From positions 275,962,001 to 276,026,000 of the forward strand of contig OZ024742.1 in the NCBI GenBank assembly GCA_964016885.1: a DNA stretch of 64,000 bases, written 5' to 3'. The DNA comes from Eledone cirrhosa. Taxonomy: Eukaryota. Both the position numbers and the translations under genes were made by a program. Below, piece by piece: positions 25,120-63,630 of the stretch. The notes beneath the pieces are model-generated. The model was not told the DNA's origin, did no database searches, and worked only from the letters and a program-made list of their open reading frames with translations. Positions within the stretch are counted from its first letter, which is position 1; every line of letters begins with the position of its first letter.

Positions 25120-26080
25120 ATAATTTCTACTTTTGGCACAAGGCCAGCAATTACCTCAGTACATTACAGGTGCTTTATTTTATCAACCCCTTAAGAATGA
25201 AAGGCAAAGTTAACCACGGCGGGATTTGAGCTCAGAACGTAAAGGGACATGACTCTATGCCGCAAAGCATTTTGTCCGCCGCTCTACCGATACTGCCAAT
25301 CCAGTAAATAATTGTTTCTACTTTTGGCACAAAACCAGCAGTTATTGCAGTGCATTACTCGTGCCTTATTTTATCGACCCCGTAAGGATGAAAGGCAAAG
25401 TTAACCTCGGCAGGATTTGAACTCAGACCGTAAAGGGGCGTAACTATGCTACAAAGCCTGACGTCCGGCCTTCTACCGAAACTGCCAATCCAGTAAATAA
25501 TTGTTTCTACTTTTGGCACAAGGCCATCAAATACTCAGTACATTACTGGTACTTTATTTTATCGACCCCATAAGGATGAAAGGCAAAGTTAACCTCGGCG
25601 GGATTGAACTCAGACCGCAAAGAGACGTAACTATGCTGGAAAGCATGGCGTCCGACCCTCTACCAAATAATTGTTTCTACTTTTGGCACAAGGCCAGCAA
25701 TTATCCAGTACATTACTGGTACTTTATTTTATCGACCCCATAAGGATGAAAGGCAAAGTTAACCTCGGCGGGATTTGAACTCAGAATGGCAAGGGCCGTA
25801 ACTCTATGCGCCAAAGCATGGCGTCCAACCCTCTACCGATACTGCCAATTCACCGTTGGACGCAGATCTAACAGTCACGAACACGTGCAGAGTTGAACGT
25901 GTATGTGTATGTAGGGGGAAGGGGTCAATATATTTACCTATCAACTATAATTGTTTCTATTTTTGGCACAAGGCCAGCAGTTAACCAGTGTATTACTGCT
26001 ACTTTATTTTATCGACCCTGTAAGGATGAAAGGGAAAGTTAACCTCGGCGGGATTTGAACTCAGACCATAAAGGGCCATA
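25120..26080 (-). mobile_element. Head-to-tail array of Meta-type SINEs (4 contiguous units plus 1)
   Basis: Units of about 185 bp start with AATTGTTTCTACTTTTGGCACAAGGCC on the plus strand and are separated by (AGT)AAAT. Confidence 0.85.
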
Positions 26081-26431
26081 ATAATAGCCAATGTGTATTT
26101 GTCCGTCACGCACAAGAGATAACTGAGGAAGGAAGGGGTGATGACAAACTACACTACAGGAAGCAGCGTCTAACATTTGCAACACTTTGTGTGTATATGT
26201 ATAGCGAATTGGCTACACACATTGGCTGTTATGATTATGTGAGTGTTTGTGTGTGTGTATATGCATGTTTGTACAAATTATATTTAAATATATCTGTGTG
26301 AGTGTATATATGTTTGTGTGTGTTTATTTAGAAAGTTGCATAGACAATAGAATTACAAACACACACACGCATCTACACATACATATATATAAACAGACAC
26401 TTAGAAAAAATAATTATTACATACATATATG

Positions 26432-26825
26432 GAGGCACATGGCTTAGTGGTTAGAGCATTGGGCTTGCAATCGAAAGGTTTTGAGTTCAATTCTCAGACC
26501 TGGTGATGTGTTGTTTCCTTGAGTAAGACACTTTATTTCACATTGCTCCAGTTTACTCAGCTGTAGAAATGAGATGATAGGACTGGGGTCCCTATCATTC
26601 CACTGCAAAGTGGTCGTGGAGGTGCCACGGTAAAAAAGCACCCAGCCCACACTGTAAAGTGGACGTGTAGGTGCCACGGAAAAAAAGCACCCAGCATTCA
26701 CTGTAAATGAGGTTGCTGTTAGGAAGAGATTCAGCTGTAGAAATCAAGCCAGAATCAGTTCCCGTCCCACTCTTGCAAGCAGGGAAAAGTGGATGTAAAA
26801 TGATGATGATGATGATGATGATGAT
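26432..26825 (+). mobile_element. tRNA-derived SINE with RTE-derived 3' tail
   Basis: A-box TGGCTTAGTGG, B-box GAGTTCAATTC, CCTTGAGTAAGACACTTT core, tail shared with the RTE 3' UTR, (GAT)n end. Near-identical to 57682-58015. Confidence 0.85.
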
Positions 26826-27623
26826 ACACACACATCTATGTGATGACTGAGGAAGGAGGGGTGGGGGGGGGGGGGTAAGAAGCTAGAAATCCAGCGATCT
26901 AAGATACGTCACACTTGTGTGTGAGTATGTGTAGTGAATTGACTACACACATTGGTTGTGTTTGTGTGTTTGTATCACTTGTGTGAGAAAGTGCAAAGAA
27001 ACCAACCAACAAACAAACAAACATCTCTTTTTTATATTCTGTATAGATATTACAATTAACCATCATTTTTGACGGCACGAGGCCAGCTAGTCAATATATA
27101 AAATGTGTGTGGAAAACATCTTTGACAGGGTACCAACGATTTATTATCTGGCAGTCTTTAAGGAAACTGGGAGTAGATGAATGGTTCATTTGAGAGCAGT
27201 GCAAGCCATGTACAGGTGCTGCCAGTAAAATATAGTATGTAATGAGCTTAGTGGGGGAATTTAATGTGAATGGGTGTTTATCAAGGCCTAGTCCTCATGC
27301 CCCTCACATGTCAACAATGATGCAGAGGGCTTTGCAGCCTCCATCTCGGACGTGTGATCCATTCTCTGCCAAGTGTAAGTGGCCCCTATCCTCCTGTCGG
27401 ACATCTGCTTCACCATCAGGTTCAGGCTCCAGCAGCTCACAACCCTCTCGAGTAGACTGGGCATGATTAACGCCCATCCAGCCCTCCCCCTGCTGAGGAA
27501 CTGCTTTGCCATGCCGAAGCTCCTCTAAACACTTTGCAGCGCTCCTTGCTACAGCCACCCATCTCTTCTCGATGACCTCGACACTTGTATCCGAGTAGCA
27601 GCTGTCAAAATCCTTCTGTAGCA

Positions 27624-28160
27624 ATAATAATAATAAAAATATTGTGTACAGTGCTCAGGTGCAATACAACTCATCAAAAGTGTATGTATAGTACATAGGG
27701 TAATGTACAAATGTCAGGAAAATGAACAGTGCATGATATACACGTGTGCATGTGTATGGAAGAGGGGGGGGGGGCATCAGGTGTAGTTTTGGCGAACTTC
27801 GGGAAGCATGAGGGTTTTAAAAGATGCAGTGTCTCAGCAGCCAGCAACTGACGCAGGCAGTTTGTTCCATGCTTTAGCAACTTCAAGTGTGAAAAAATGT
27901 TTCCGAAAGTCATGGGAGCTGTGCTGTTTTCTGACTTTGTAGGCATCTCCACGTGTGTTAGACACATGGAGATCAAAAAGGTGCTCAGGGTTGTCGTTGG
28001 CGAGATGGTTAATAACTTTGTGGATGTTTACCAAGTCCATTGCCAGACGTCGGAGCTTCAATGAATCCATGCCCAGGGAAGCAAGGCGTTCAGAGTATGG
28101 TAGGTGTCTGATGGAGGGTATGCGTTTGGTTGCACGTCTCTGAACAGTTTCCAGGAGGAA
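27624..28160 (-). mobile_element. CR1-clade LINE 3' end
   Basis: LETVQRRATKRIPSIRHLPYSERL..WNKLP in ORF 27834-28328, with (ATT)n tail. Further copies at 38855-39190 and 56268-56566. Confidence 0.85.
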
Positions 28161-29010
28161 ACTGTAAATGAAGTGAAAATCAACACCACGTGCGTTATTT
28201 GTATAATGATAAAGTCTGAATGGTTGAGTATAAAAGAAAATTATAATTATGAATGAAAATGAAATATGAAAGTAGATATGATAAAACTGATTCAGGTGAA
28301 CCTCATTGATTTGTATATATAAATTCATAATGGTTTATTAGTGGGGCATCTCTTTATCTCCTTTCCACATATCTACAGGAATTTCATATATTTAAATTCA
28401 GAATGATTTATTAGTAAAAGAGAGTATTTAAAATTAAATTAGGTTTGATAGAGATTAAAGAATATTATTGTAATTGATTTAAACCGTTCATATAATTTTA
28501 TCAATATTGAAGCTTGTCTTCCCTTCTGAACAATGGAGCCACTATGTGGTTTCATGATATACTAGAAATAGCAGACAAATGACTCTCACATCAACCTTGT
28601 CTATCCCTTCTGTTATTTCTCATGAACAAGAGAACCTCTATAAGGTCTCTCAAAGTAGGGAGTGGTGACTAATCTTGCCAAGGCTAAGTCACAAGAGCAA
28701 TTAAAGAGCTTAAATGTGGCGAAGCCACAGGGGAAGATGAGTCTGGCCCAATGTTAAAAGCCTTAAATAAAGAAGGTATTCTCTGGCTGACTCGTGTGTA
28801 CCAGGTGGCCTGGATCTCTGGAAAGACACCTAAGCAACTTCTTCACCCACTTATTCCTGAGAAGGTCGGGGCAGAGTCCTAAATCACTCCTTCCAACAGG
28901 TCCTGTCAGAAGCAACGGTCTCCAATTCTTTATTCATCTTTTTTGTTGACGTATCTATCTGGTTGTTTAGGATGGAACTGTTCCATGTAGCTCATGTACT
29001 GGTCTTTTAA

Positions 29011-29219
29011 CCCTTTAGCATTTACATCGGTTATATCTGGCCAGAATTCTCTCACCTCTTTCTGTTCAAACCGGCTGCTGATACTGATGTTAAGATATTG
29101 TTCACAAAATAAATAACAAAAATCTCATAAATTCCATATTATGTGAGATAATTATGTAAGATAAAGCCTTTACCTCAAAAATACAATAGTATATATAGAG
29201 TAATGAAAATGCTAATGGG
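29011..29219. mobile_element. piggyBac-type MITE
   Basis: TTAA|CCCTTTAGCATTT ... AAATGCTAATGGG|TTAA. Confidence 0.8.
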
Positions 29220-29229
29220 TTAAATATCA

Positions 29230-30140
29230 TTTTGCTTCTTTTCTACATTTATGTAGCAGAATAACCTCCATAATTGTTCTGATTTCTCACAAGCATAAGT
29301 TCTGCAGGTGAGTTCTGTTCTAGAACAGTTGGATTAAGAGTACTTTGGTAAACTAGTAAAATCTTTTGTATTACTTCTCTGGTGGTTACTTCCATTTTGA
29401 AAGTACCTACAAATCTTACTGCTTATTCATTGGACTGAGGATGATAGGGAGGTGCATAAATATGTCTTATGCCATTGGTTTTGATGATGTGAACTGAGGT
29501 CCATTATCTGATATTGGGGTTTATGGCAAAATTGACTGAATACTTTAGTTTGTGAATTGTGGATAAAGTTGAAATATCATTCATCATGAAACTTTTAGGC
29601 TATTTGAGAAAACATCAACTAGTAATACAGATATTTACCATTTGTAGGACCAGCAAAACCAATGTATACTCTGGACCATGCTTTTTTCTGGTACTAGCCA
29701 TGACTACCAGTCAGACCTTCTTAGACACCTCATTTGTCTCCACATAACTATAACAAATATGTGCTAAATTGTTCGTTAATGTTAAGCCAGTACATGTAAT
29801 GTTTTGCATATGATGTATACTTTGGTGGCTCATATATAATTGCTTTAAATCTAGATTTTGTAATTTTTTAGGAAGACCGACTCTGTCACCAAATATGCAG
29901 CAAGGATTCACTAATGATAAAGACTCACGTCATTAGCAAAACTTTCAAGTCTTCTGGACAGAATTTCATTGGCCAACAGATTCATAACTGTAAGGTTGAA
30001 TCTTTTTTTGTTGTTTCTTCAGTCATATTCACTGGCACAGGAACAGCATTTATTGAAGTAAATAAAACATTTTGTACATCATTTTCCACACAAATGGAAG
30101 CAATAATAGCAACTTCTACAAGCAAAGTTCTCCTTTCCTG
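29230..30140 (-). mobile_element. Old Gypsy integrase remnant from a different family
   Basis: Minus strand has DNGP and YAPPYHPQSNE*AVRFVGTFK motifs. Heavily decayed. Confidence 0.6.
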
Positions 30141-31720
30141 TTAGTCTACTCATCCCACTATATCTCTTGTGTACCCAAGATTTACATTGTGTACATTGTA
30201 TAGAGTTTATGCCTACTCCTTTTCTGCATATTGAGCATGGCCACTTCCCTGAGGGAATCTAGGTCCTGTCTTCTTTCCTACTCACTAGCACTATAGTTTT
30301 GTTTAAGTTTACCCTCAGACTTTTTGATTCCAAATCCAGTTGCCATAATTGTAATTTATTTTCTAGCTCTTTTTTGGTTTCAGCTATAAGGACCAAATCA
30401 TCTGCACAGAGAAGTTCCCATGCGCAGCCGATTTTAAACTCTTCTGTTACGGCTTGAAGAACTATAATGAACAGCAGAGAGCTAAGAACTGAACCTTGAT
30501 GAACTCCTACCTGTACCTTGAATTCCTTGTTAAACTCATTTTATACTCTCTTTACTGATAGCTCCTCTATACATATCTTGCACTGTTCTTACAAGCCATT
30601 CTCCTATACCTAATTTCCTTAAGGATTCCCAGATAATAGATTAAGGTACTATGTCAAAGGCCTTCTCTAGATCAACAAAAGCTAAATATAGTGGTTTAGT
30701 TTTGGCTAGGATCTTCTCTTGTGGTTGCCTCACTAAAAAGAGGGCATCAGTAGTACTTTTCCCAGGCATGAAACTAAAGAGCATCTCATCTAGTTTGACT
30801 CTTTCCCAAATTAGCTGTGCTATATAACTCCTTCCATCACTTTCATAACTTGTCTATTAGTTTTATTCCTCTATAGTTGCTCCTTTCTAGAACATCACCT
30901 TTGCCTTTGTAGCAATATATGATTGTATGCTGCGCCAGTCATTGGGTGTGGCCCCGTCCTGTATTACCTGATTGACTATATGGGTTACTATTTTGACTCT
31001 TACCTCTCCTGATGCTTTTAGCATCTCAGCAACTATTTCTGATGGTCCTGTAGTTTTACCATTTTTCATCTCCTTGATTGTGTCTTTAACCCTAAAACTA
31101 TCAACTTCAGTAGCTGGTCCTTCCTTTAGGTGAGTTGGGGATAGTTTCTCTTCCTCCCTTTCATTCTCTACATTCATCAACCTCTCATAGTAACATTTCC
31201 AGGCCTCTTTCTTTTGGGTATCATTGGTGCTAAGTGCACCAGCATCATTTCTAACACATTTTCCCCCAACAACATCTTGATTCACACTGACAAACTGCCT
31301 TGCAATATGTAACACTTCACTCCCCAAGACATTGACAAATTTACTTTCTTCAGCCTTTCTTTGAGCTGTGTATACCTGTCACCTAGCTTCTTTCTTAACT
31401 AATTGGTACCAGAAGGGCAGATTTGGAGGTAGCACCCTACCTCCAAATGCTGGCAAACAGCATGTCACAAATCTTCATTGTCTTTTGTTATCTTTGTCGT
31501 GAGGTTCAGGTTATTAAGGTCAGTCTTTACTATTTCATTCCATATCATCCAAGGCCTGCCTCCTCCATGAGTCCCATCCACTGAGATTTCTCTGCACTTT
31601 TTCATTCAGGTGTAATTGTCCATATGCATGACATGTCCAAACCAATACAGTCTTCTTTCTTGCACAATGCATCAGATCCTTTTACACCTAGTTTTCCTCT
31701 CAGTTCAAGTATCTTATGAT
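30140..31720 (-). mobile_element. Degenerate RTE LINE fragments
   Basis: ORF 30887-31327 KKEAWKCYYERLMNVEN..KTTGPSEIVAEMLKASGE; FVDLEKAFD; VGVHQGSVLS; ADDLVL. Confidence 0.8.
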
Positions 31721-33068
31721 GCTCATGTAATATATAAATATATTTATGAAGCAACACTCTTAAGTTACTGCCATCTATCTCTCCATTGAATGAATGAATA
31801 TTGTAAGCTACTACAACGCAAGTTGACAGATAAGTGGTCAATCTTCCTTTGATGTAATGGTAACGTAGCTGTCCATCATACAGCAGATTTAAGTTCAATT
31901 CCTATGTTCACTTTTTATGTCTCTAGGTGTTGTACACCCAACTTGCAGCAGCTTATGTACAATAATTAAGCTAACGTACTTTCAAAATTCAAATTTACTC
32001 AATGCTTTGCAAAATGTTTACACACACACACATATCCACTTTTAAAAAAAGAAATAAAACAACAACAAGGCTACAATGAAAATAAATTAATTTATTGAAT
32101 TTAAAATTTCTTCTTTAAGAGAAAGAAAGAAAAAAATAAACAGCAGACAGAGAAATGATTGCTAAACAGGAATAAAATAACAATGATATAAGAGTTAATT
32201 TAGGGCTGACATATAGTTAAATGTTGGTTAACATAATGTAAGGATAAAGGTCCCATAATTCCTTGTGGTGTCGTAGAGGCACTGTCAAATGGCACGTCTA
32301 GGGCACATTTAAACCTGACAGAGCCCAATCCTCTCCAGGTCTGAACACAACCGAATTTTTTCTATAGAGAAAGAATCGACCTCAGTACTGGACTGATGAA
32401 TGGCAAAGTTGACACTAGCGGGATTTGAACTCAAAGCATGTAATGAGGTGGGACGAATACTGTAAAGCATTCTATACAACATCTTATTGATAATACTGTT
32501 ATATGTGGACTAACAATGTAATGAACCCTACAAATTATATAGTTTAATGTACAAGGGAGGAAGGGGCAATGCCCATGACAGTTTTTAAGGCCTCTGAATT
32601 TGGTGGGAAGCAGGAAGGTATCCACTCTGAAACCGGAGACCTGGTCTGAATGCTTGCAACAAGTGTGTGAGTTGAAACTCTGTCGGTTCCAACAATGTGT
32701 GTACCAGTGTAACAGTAGTCTGACCAACAGAACATCCTGCTTGTGAAAATAACATGCAAATACCTGAACTTTCCAAACTACATAATGTAGTTCTCAGGGA
32801 GATTCAACACAATGTATTGTGTTGGACCTCTGATAGTACCAACAATCAGTGTTTCAGTTGTTCAAACAACAAAACAGCCTGCACATGAAATTAATGTGCA
32901 AGACGCTGAGCAATCAACAAACATGTAATTCTCAGTACCTGTCCACTCAACAATGTTTTTTTTAAAAATAGACATGTGCGTTTTTTGGCTGTAAAATTAG
33001 TTGTCATCCTGATGTCGTTACCAAATTATGGTATAATATGATTGAAATATTTCATTTTGATCTATAGT

Positions 33069-33122
<54 letters not shown>

Positions 33123-33153
33123 CAGTGATATATACAGTATATATATTAGTGAA

Positions 33154-33372
33154 GGCGTGTGGCTGAGTGGTTAGAGAATTGGATTCGCAATCGTAAGGTT
33201 GTGAGTTCGATTCCTGGACCAGGTGATGCGTTATGTCCTTGAGCAAGACACTTTATTTCACGTTGCTCCTTCTACCTGGAGTTGCGTCCGATAGATAGTA
33301 TTAGCAATTGGAAAGACCAACGGAAACATTGTTCCCTCGGTCCAATTTGACGAAAGTCGATCGTTCCTTTTC
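33154..33372 (+). mobile_element. tRNA-derived SINE, short tail variant
   Basis: TGGCTGAGTGG A-box, GAGTTCGATTCC B-box, CCTTGAGCAAGACACTTTATTTC core, TA-repeat flanks. Confidence 0.75.
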
Positions 33373-33439
33373 TATATATATATATATATATATATACTCA
33401 TATTTATAATGTATACATACATCTATATATACATACTGG

Positions 33440-34460
33440 CTGGGGGTTTGCATCTCATTTACATACCAAGTGCATTTTATCATGGCACCAGCACTAGAGA
33501 GGTCGTCATGTTTTTGTCTCTACTGGAGCATCCTCCCAACTCTTTGTTTGGGAAGCTCTATGACTAGAAGCCTTTTCTATCACCAACACTAGAGAGGTTG
33601 TTTTGCAATTGACACAACTGAAGGGTCCTCTCAAACCTTTTAGGCATGGTTTCTACAGCAGGGTACCTTTCCTGTCACTAACCATCATGTACTGGGTGCA
33701 TTTTCGTGATTAGAGAAGTTGTTGGTTATAGTCCCAACGGAAGAGCACTTTCTGCTTTGTGATGTTATTTTTTTGTGGAGGGTGATAGGAGAGGGGTTGA
33801 CTGATAGTATATGGGGAGTGGGGATGTAGTGATGGAGAAATAACTAAGGGGTGCACAGGGGGTAGGTAGAGTAATGAAGGTATCTAAGGTCTTTAGATGG
33901 GGAAGTAGCTAAGGAGTGGTACTTGAGGAAGTTTGGATGGCAAGGATGCTGTAGTGGTTAGGATAGCTGTTGGGGAATGCTAGTGGAAAGGGATGACACG
34001 AGGATGGGCTAGGTCATATTTTATGCTTGTGGCCGGATGTTCAGAATCACAACATAGCACCAGCCCACATGTTCCTTTGTCATCTCAATTGTGAAGTTTA
34101 GTTTCTTCAGGTCAGTCTTCACTACCTTGTCCCAAATCTTCCTGGTTCTCCCTCTCCAACAGGTCCCAGGCACTGGGATTTCTCTGCATTTCTTTATGCA
34201 ACTGCTGTCTTTTATACACATCACAGTTTTGCATGCTGCATCAGATTCCACTTATGCTAAGTTTTTCTTTCAGTTTACTTATGCTATGTCACTCATTCTC
34301 ACTAACATTACACATTCATCGGAGCATATGCACTTATTTTCTTTCCAGCCTTCACAGGTCTTCTCCAGTCAAGGCCCATATTTCACTGTCATGTAGCACT
34401 ACTGTTCGCAAACAGGCATCATACAATCTATTCTTCACTCTGAGAGAGAATTCATTTGTA
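33440..34460 (-). mobile_element. RTE LINE 3' fragment with repeated 3' UTR units
   Basis: ORF 34021-34251 KDSSCIKKCREI..GRTRKIWDKVVKTDL. Confidence 0.7.
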
Positions 34461-35163
34461 GAATCCATGCCAAAAAGGGTTCAGAGGACTCTTCAGTTCT
34501 GTCAATGGCACAGCAACCTCTCTAGTGTTGGTGAGCTACATGATAAATGCACCCAGTGCACACTGTAAATTGGTTTTTGATAGGGAGAGCATCCAGCTGT
34601 AGGAAACTTGCTAAACAAATGGTTGGGAAACTTTTCAGTTTTGTCAAAGACTTGATGACCTCTCTAGTGTTGTTGCCATGATAAAATGCACCCCCCTGGT
34701 GCCCCCAGTAGAGTGTGGAAATATATTGAGATGCAGCCACCCTGACCCATCTCAGATGCCAGTAGTACTGAGGAAATACTGACTTGGCCAGCAACATGCT
34801 GTCCAACCCTTACTAGCAAAATATTAAATGATGTGTATATACATACATATATACATGTGTATATACATTCATATATACATGTGTATATACATTCATACAT
34901 ACGTATATATATTAATACATACATTTATATATACATATAAACATACACACACACACATATACATTATATATATATGTATGTTTATAAGTATTGAAAACAA
35001 CAGTGAAGAGAAATATATGCTTTTGTGGATGTGTTAGCATGTATATGTGTGAGATTGAGTGAGCAAGTGTACATATATGAACATGTATGTATGCATATTA
35101 GTAGTATGCACATGTTTATTGGTGTTTAGTTGACAGTTGCAGCATGGTGCAGTAACAGCGTCC

Positions 35164-60130
<24,967 letters not shown>

Positions 60131-60258
60131 CTTGAAGAAATTCAGGAATTTCTTGACCAGATTCTAAAGCTAAAAATATAAAAATATATATATATAACAA
60201 TGATGATGTTGATGATATGAAAGATACAAAAAAATTTAACAATGATAATATATATATA

Positions 60259-60469
60259 TAAATCTCGTATTTTTGAGTTGTTAAAATTCCTTCACCTACC
60301 TTTATCTGTTTTCGTATTTGAAAACAACTTACTATATATATCATCATCATCATCATTTTAAAGCGGACGTAAAATGATGATGTTGATATATATAGTAAGT
60401 TGTTTTCAAATACAAAAACAGATAAAGGCAGGTGAAGAAATTTTAACAACTCAAAAATACGAGATTTAT
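60259..60469. repeat. Near-perfect hairpin with arms of about 100 bp
   Basis: 60259-60360 is the reverse complement of about 60369-60469 with a few mismatches and a short loop. Confidence 0.85.
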
Positions 60470-60554
60470 TACACTAAACTGTTCATAAGGCTACATACAA
60501 TTTTTAATAGCATGAATTCCTTAATACGAGTGTTCATGTAAACTCATAGAGCAA

Positions 60555-60858
60555 ATATTACATTGAAATAAGACCAAATACTGTTAATTGTATCATATTC
60601 TAATTAACACACATTTCTTCCATCATACATGATACATACTTAAACTATAAGTTAATTAATTATATAATCCAATAATTGGATTCATCAGAAATATTAAACA
60701 TAAATAACATTATTACTCTAACAAGAAGATTCTGTATAAAATTACACCATAACGTTATGGTATAATTTTGTAAAATTATATAATTAATTAACTAATAGTT
60801 AAGTGTGTATCCTGTAAGATGGAATTAACAGTATTTGGTTTTATTTTCAATGTTATAT
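60555..60858. mobile_element. Foldback/MITE-like element
   Basis: Nested inverted arms 60555-60589/60823-60858 and 60618-60668/60775-60824, with an internal palindrome at about 60738-60769. Confidence 0.55.
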
Positions 60859-61969
60859 ATATATATCATCATCATCATCACCGTTTTACGTCAATTTTTC
60901 CACGTTAGCATGGGTATACATATATATATATAATCAGATAAAAAGAATTATAACAGTGATAAAAGTATTAGAAATTTAAGGGAGGGAAGGGAGACTTTTT
61001 TACACACACCTATATATCAATATGTAATTTTAACAATATATTCCAGACAATAACAATAAGCATTTTATGTCCATTCTCCTTGCTAAAGCAGGAGTTTTCA
61101 GTCTGGGGCTCCATGAACTAGGTTCTAAGTTTCAAGTCCTTTGATGAAAATATAATACACACACACTACTCTAAATATAAACATTTCTCTCTTTCGACTT
61201 ATTATCACTGTATAACAATCTGAGAATGGAGTAATTGAAGGTGGTAGTGGTGGATATGGGGTAAGATCTAATTCAAATAAAAGGTATCTTTGGGAGAGAA
61301 AAGGTTGGAAACCATTCAGTTTGACAAGCTGCATACAGATTATGAGGTGCTTTCCGAAACAATGTTTTGCAGGCAGATGCCCTTCTTGGCATCAATCCTT
61401 TTAATCGCTTCTTACAATATACAAGAATACAGTGCACCAATTGTAAACTGGATACACACAGCAAACAGATAAAAAGTAAGATTATCTTATAGTTAAGGCC
61501 ACAGCTCAAAGACTGGCCCTTCTCTTCAAGGTCAGAAACTACTGACCTTTTACAAAGCTTAGTTAAGACACACAATGGAGTAGTAGTACTCATCCCACAT
61601 AATCTTGATAGATCTTATATCTATGGGTTAGGGATTGGCCTGGGGCTAAACAACCACCTCCACAACAACAAAAATAAATAAATAAATAGATAAACAGAAA
61701 TAAAGACAACAAGAATATTTGTTTCTGTTATTTCCAAGAGTTATAGGAAGTTCTTGAAGAACCATTAAGTTAGATTTGTTGTCTGACCTCTTAAATGCCA
61801 GTGTTTGACACCAAAATCTTAGTGTCAGTTGAAGAATTACTTAAAACAGGAATTGTCAAATAACTTGACACAGTCTTAATGTATTTTTTTTCTACTTCTC
61901 TGGTTTGTTTGCAAGTCCTATACAGAGGAATGGCAAACATTTACAAACAGAAATAATGGTGATGATACT

Positions 61970-63630
61970 CATCATCATCGTCATCATCGTCATCACCACC
62001 ATTTAACGTCCATTTTCTATGCTAGCATAGATAGGTTAGACAAGTTGTCCTGAAAGACAAGTCAGATTAAATGACTGTGTATTGCTCATATAGAACTGGT
62101 TCTGGCTTGGTTTCTATGGCTGGATGCTTTTCCTAACACCAACTGTATTTACGGTGTGGACTGGGTGCTTTTTATCATGGCACCAAAGTGAGCAACTGGC
62201 AGGTTTGACTGGGTGCTTTTTGTTGTGTCACCAACACAACCACTTTACAGGGTGTATTGGGTGCTTTTTGTCATGTCACAAGCACAACCACCTTCCAGGG
62301 TGGACTGGGGGCTCTTTTGTCATGTCACTAGTATGGGCACCGTAAATGGTGGACTAGACACTTTTGTTGTCACCAGCATAGTCACCTTACAGGGTGGATG
62401 GGGAGCTTTTAGTAATTTCAGCAGCAATGTGTGTATGTGTGGAGGGGCGTGTCCAGCTTTCCACGCTTGTATGCATGGGTTGGACAAGAGAGGTGTATCA
62501 GATAAGGAAAGTGGAGGGGGAGGTATGTTGGATGGAGATTGGAGAGGTTGGTCTAAGGTGGGGTACTTAACTGGTGAATGGTGGAGTGTTTAAGATGTGG
62601 AAGGTGTATGGAAGGGAATAGGAGGAGAAGTGATGCATACTAGTGACTACTAATTAACCATTAGATGTTTGCTTCATCCCATGCACATGGGAAGGCAGGT
62701 CTTCTGCAGTACTGCATAATGCCAGAGATCTTGATTCTGTGTTATCACCTTTGAAAGGAGCAATTGTGTGAGATCAGCATTTATCACTTCATCCCAAACT
62801 TTACTACTCCATAGCTTCCATCAACTTTGAGTGCCCTGCACCTTTTTATACAGCTGTTATTCTACCTACGCATCATATGCCCATACAACTGCAATCTTCT
62901 CTCCTGCGCACTGCCTCTGATTCCTCTTGTGCTCAGTTTCTCTCTTAGTTTGTTTATGCTTTGCTGTTCATGTATATTACTGTTACACATCCATCAGAGC
63001 ATGCAAGCTTCATTTCTTTCCAATTTCTATAGGTCCTTTGCACGCAGTGCCCAGGTTTCACTATCATGCAGCACTGCTGTTAGTATACACCTATCATACA
63101 ATCTGCTCTTCATTTTGAGTGAAAAACCTTTTGTAACTAGCAGTGGTAGTAGCTCCTTGAACTTTTAATCCTGTTCTCACTCTGGCTACTGAACATCTGC
63201 CTCCACTGCTAATTTGGTAACCCAGGTAACAATAGTTGTCAGCTGCTTCTACGAAACCCTCTAAAAATTTGACAGAGCTTGTTTCCTGTGAGCATTTGCT
63301 GCTTACTGCTCCTGTGCATCAACCACATGCAAAGCCTACATTCTATGCTAGTCTGCCTGAGATCCCGCTACATCTCTTGTGTACCCATAGCTTGCATTTG
63401 GGATAGATTCCAAGTAATACTTCCAGGTTAGGAATCTTTTTCTCTAGTTCTGTCACAGATTCAGCTATAAGAGTTAGATCACCAGCATTCAGGAGCATCC
63501 TGTTTTAAACTCTTCTGTTATAGCCTGTAGGGCAATAATAAACATGAAAGGGCTAAGAACAGAGCCCCGATGAACCCCCACTTGCATGCTAAACTCTTCA
63601 CTATAGTCATTGTTAATTTTAATCTTGCTG
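61970..63630 (-). mobile_element. Degenerate RTE LINE 3' half with tandem 48-bp UTR units
   Basis: Minus-strand VGVHRGSVLSPFMFII, YCYLG and ERNEACML motifs. 3' UTR is homologous to 54920-55750. (GAT)n tail. Confidence 0.8.

Noticed and set aside
26100-26970. Hammerheads at CTGAGGA (about 26123 and 26847)
   Set aside because: These are two decayed copies of an unidentified repeat with no stem II/GAAA geometry.
33154-33225. tRNA gene (also 26432 and 57682)
   Set aside because: A and B boxes are present, but there is no proper acceptor stem and the sequence runs into a SINE core.
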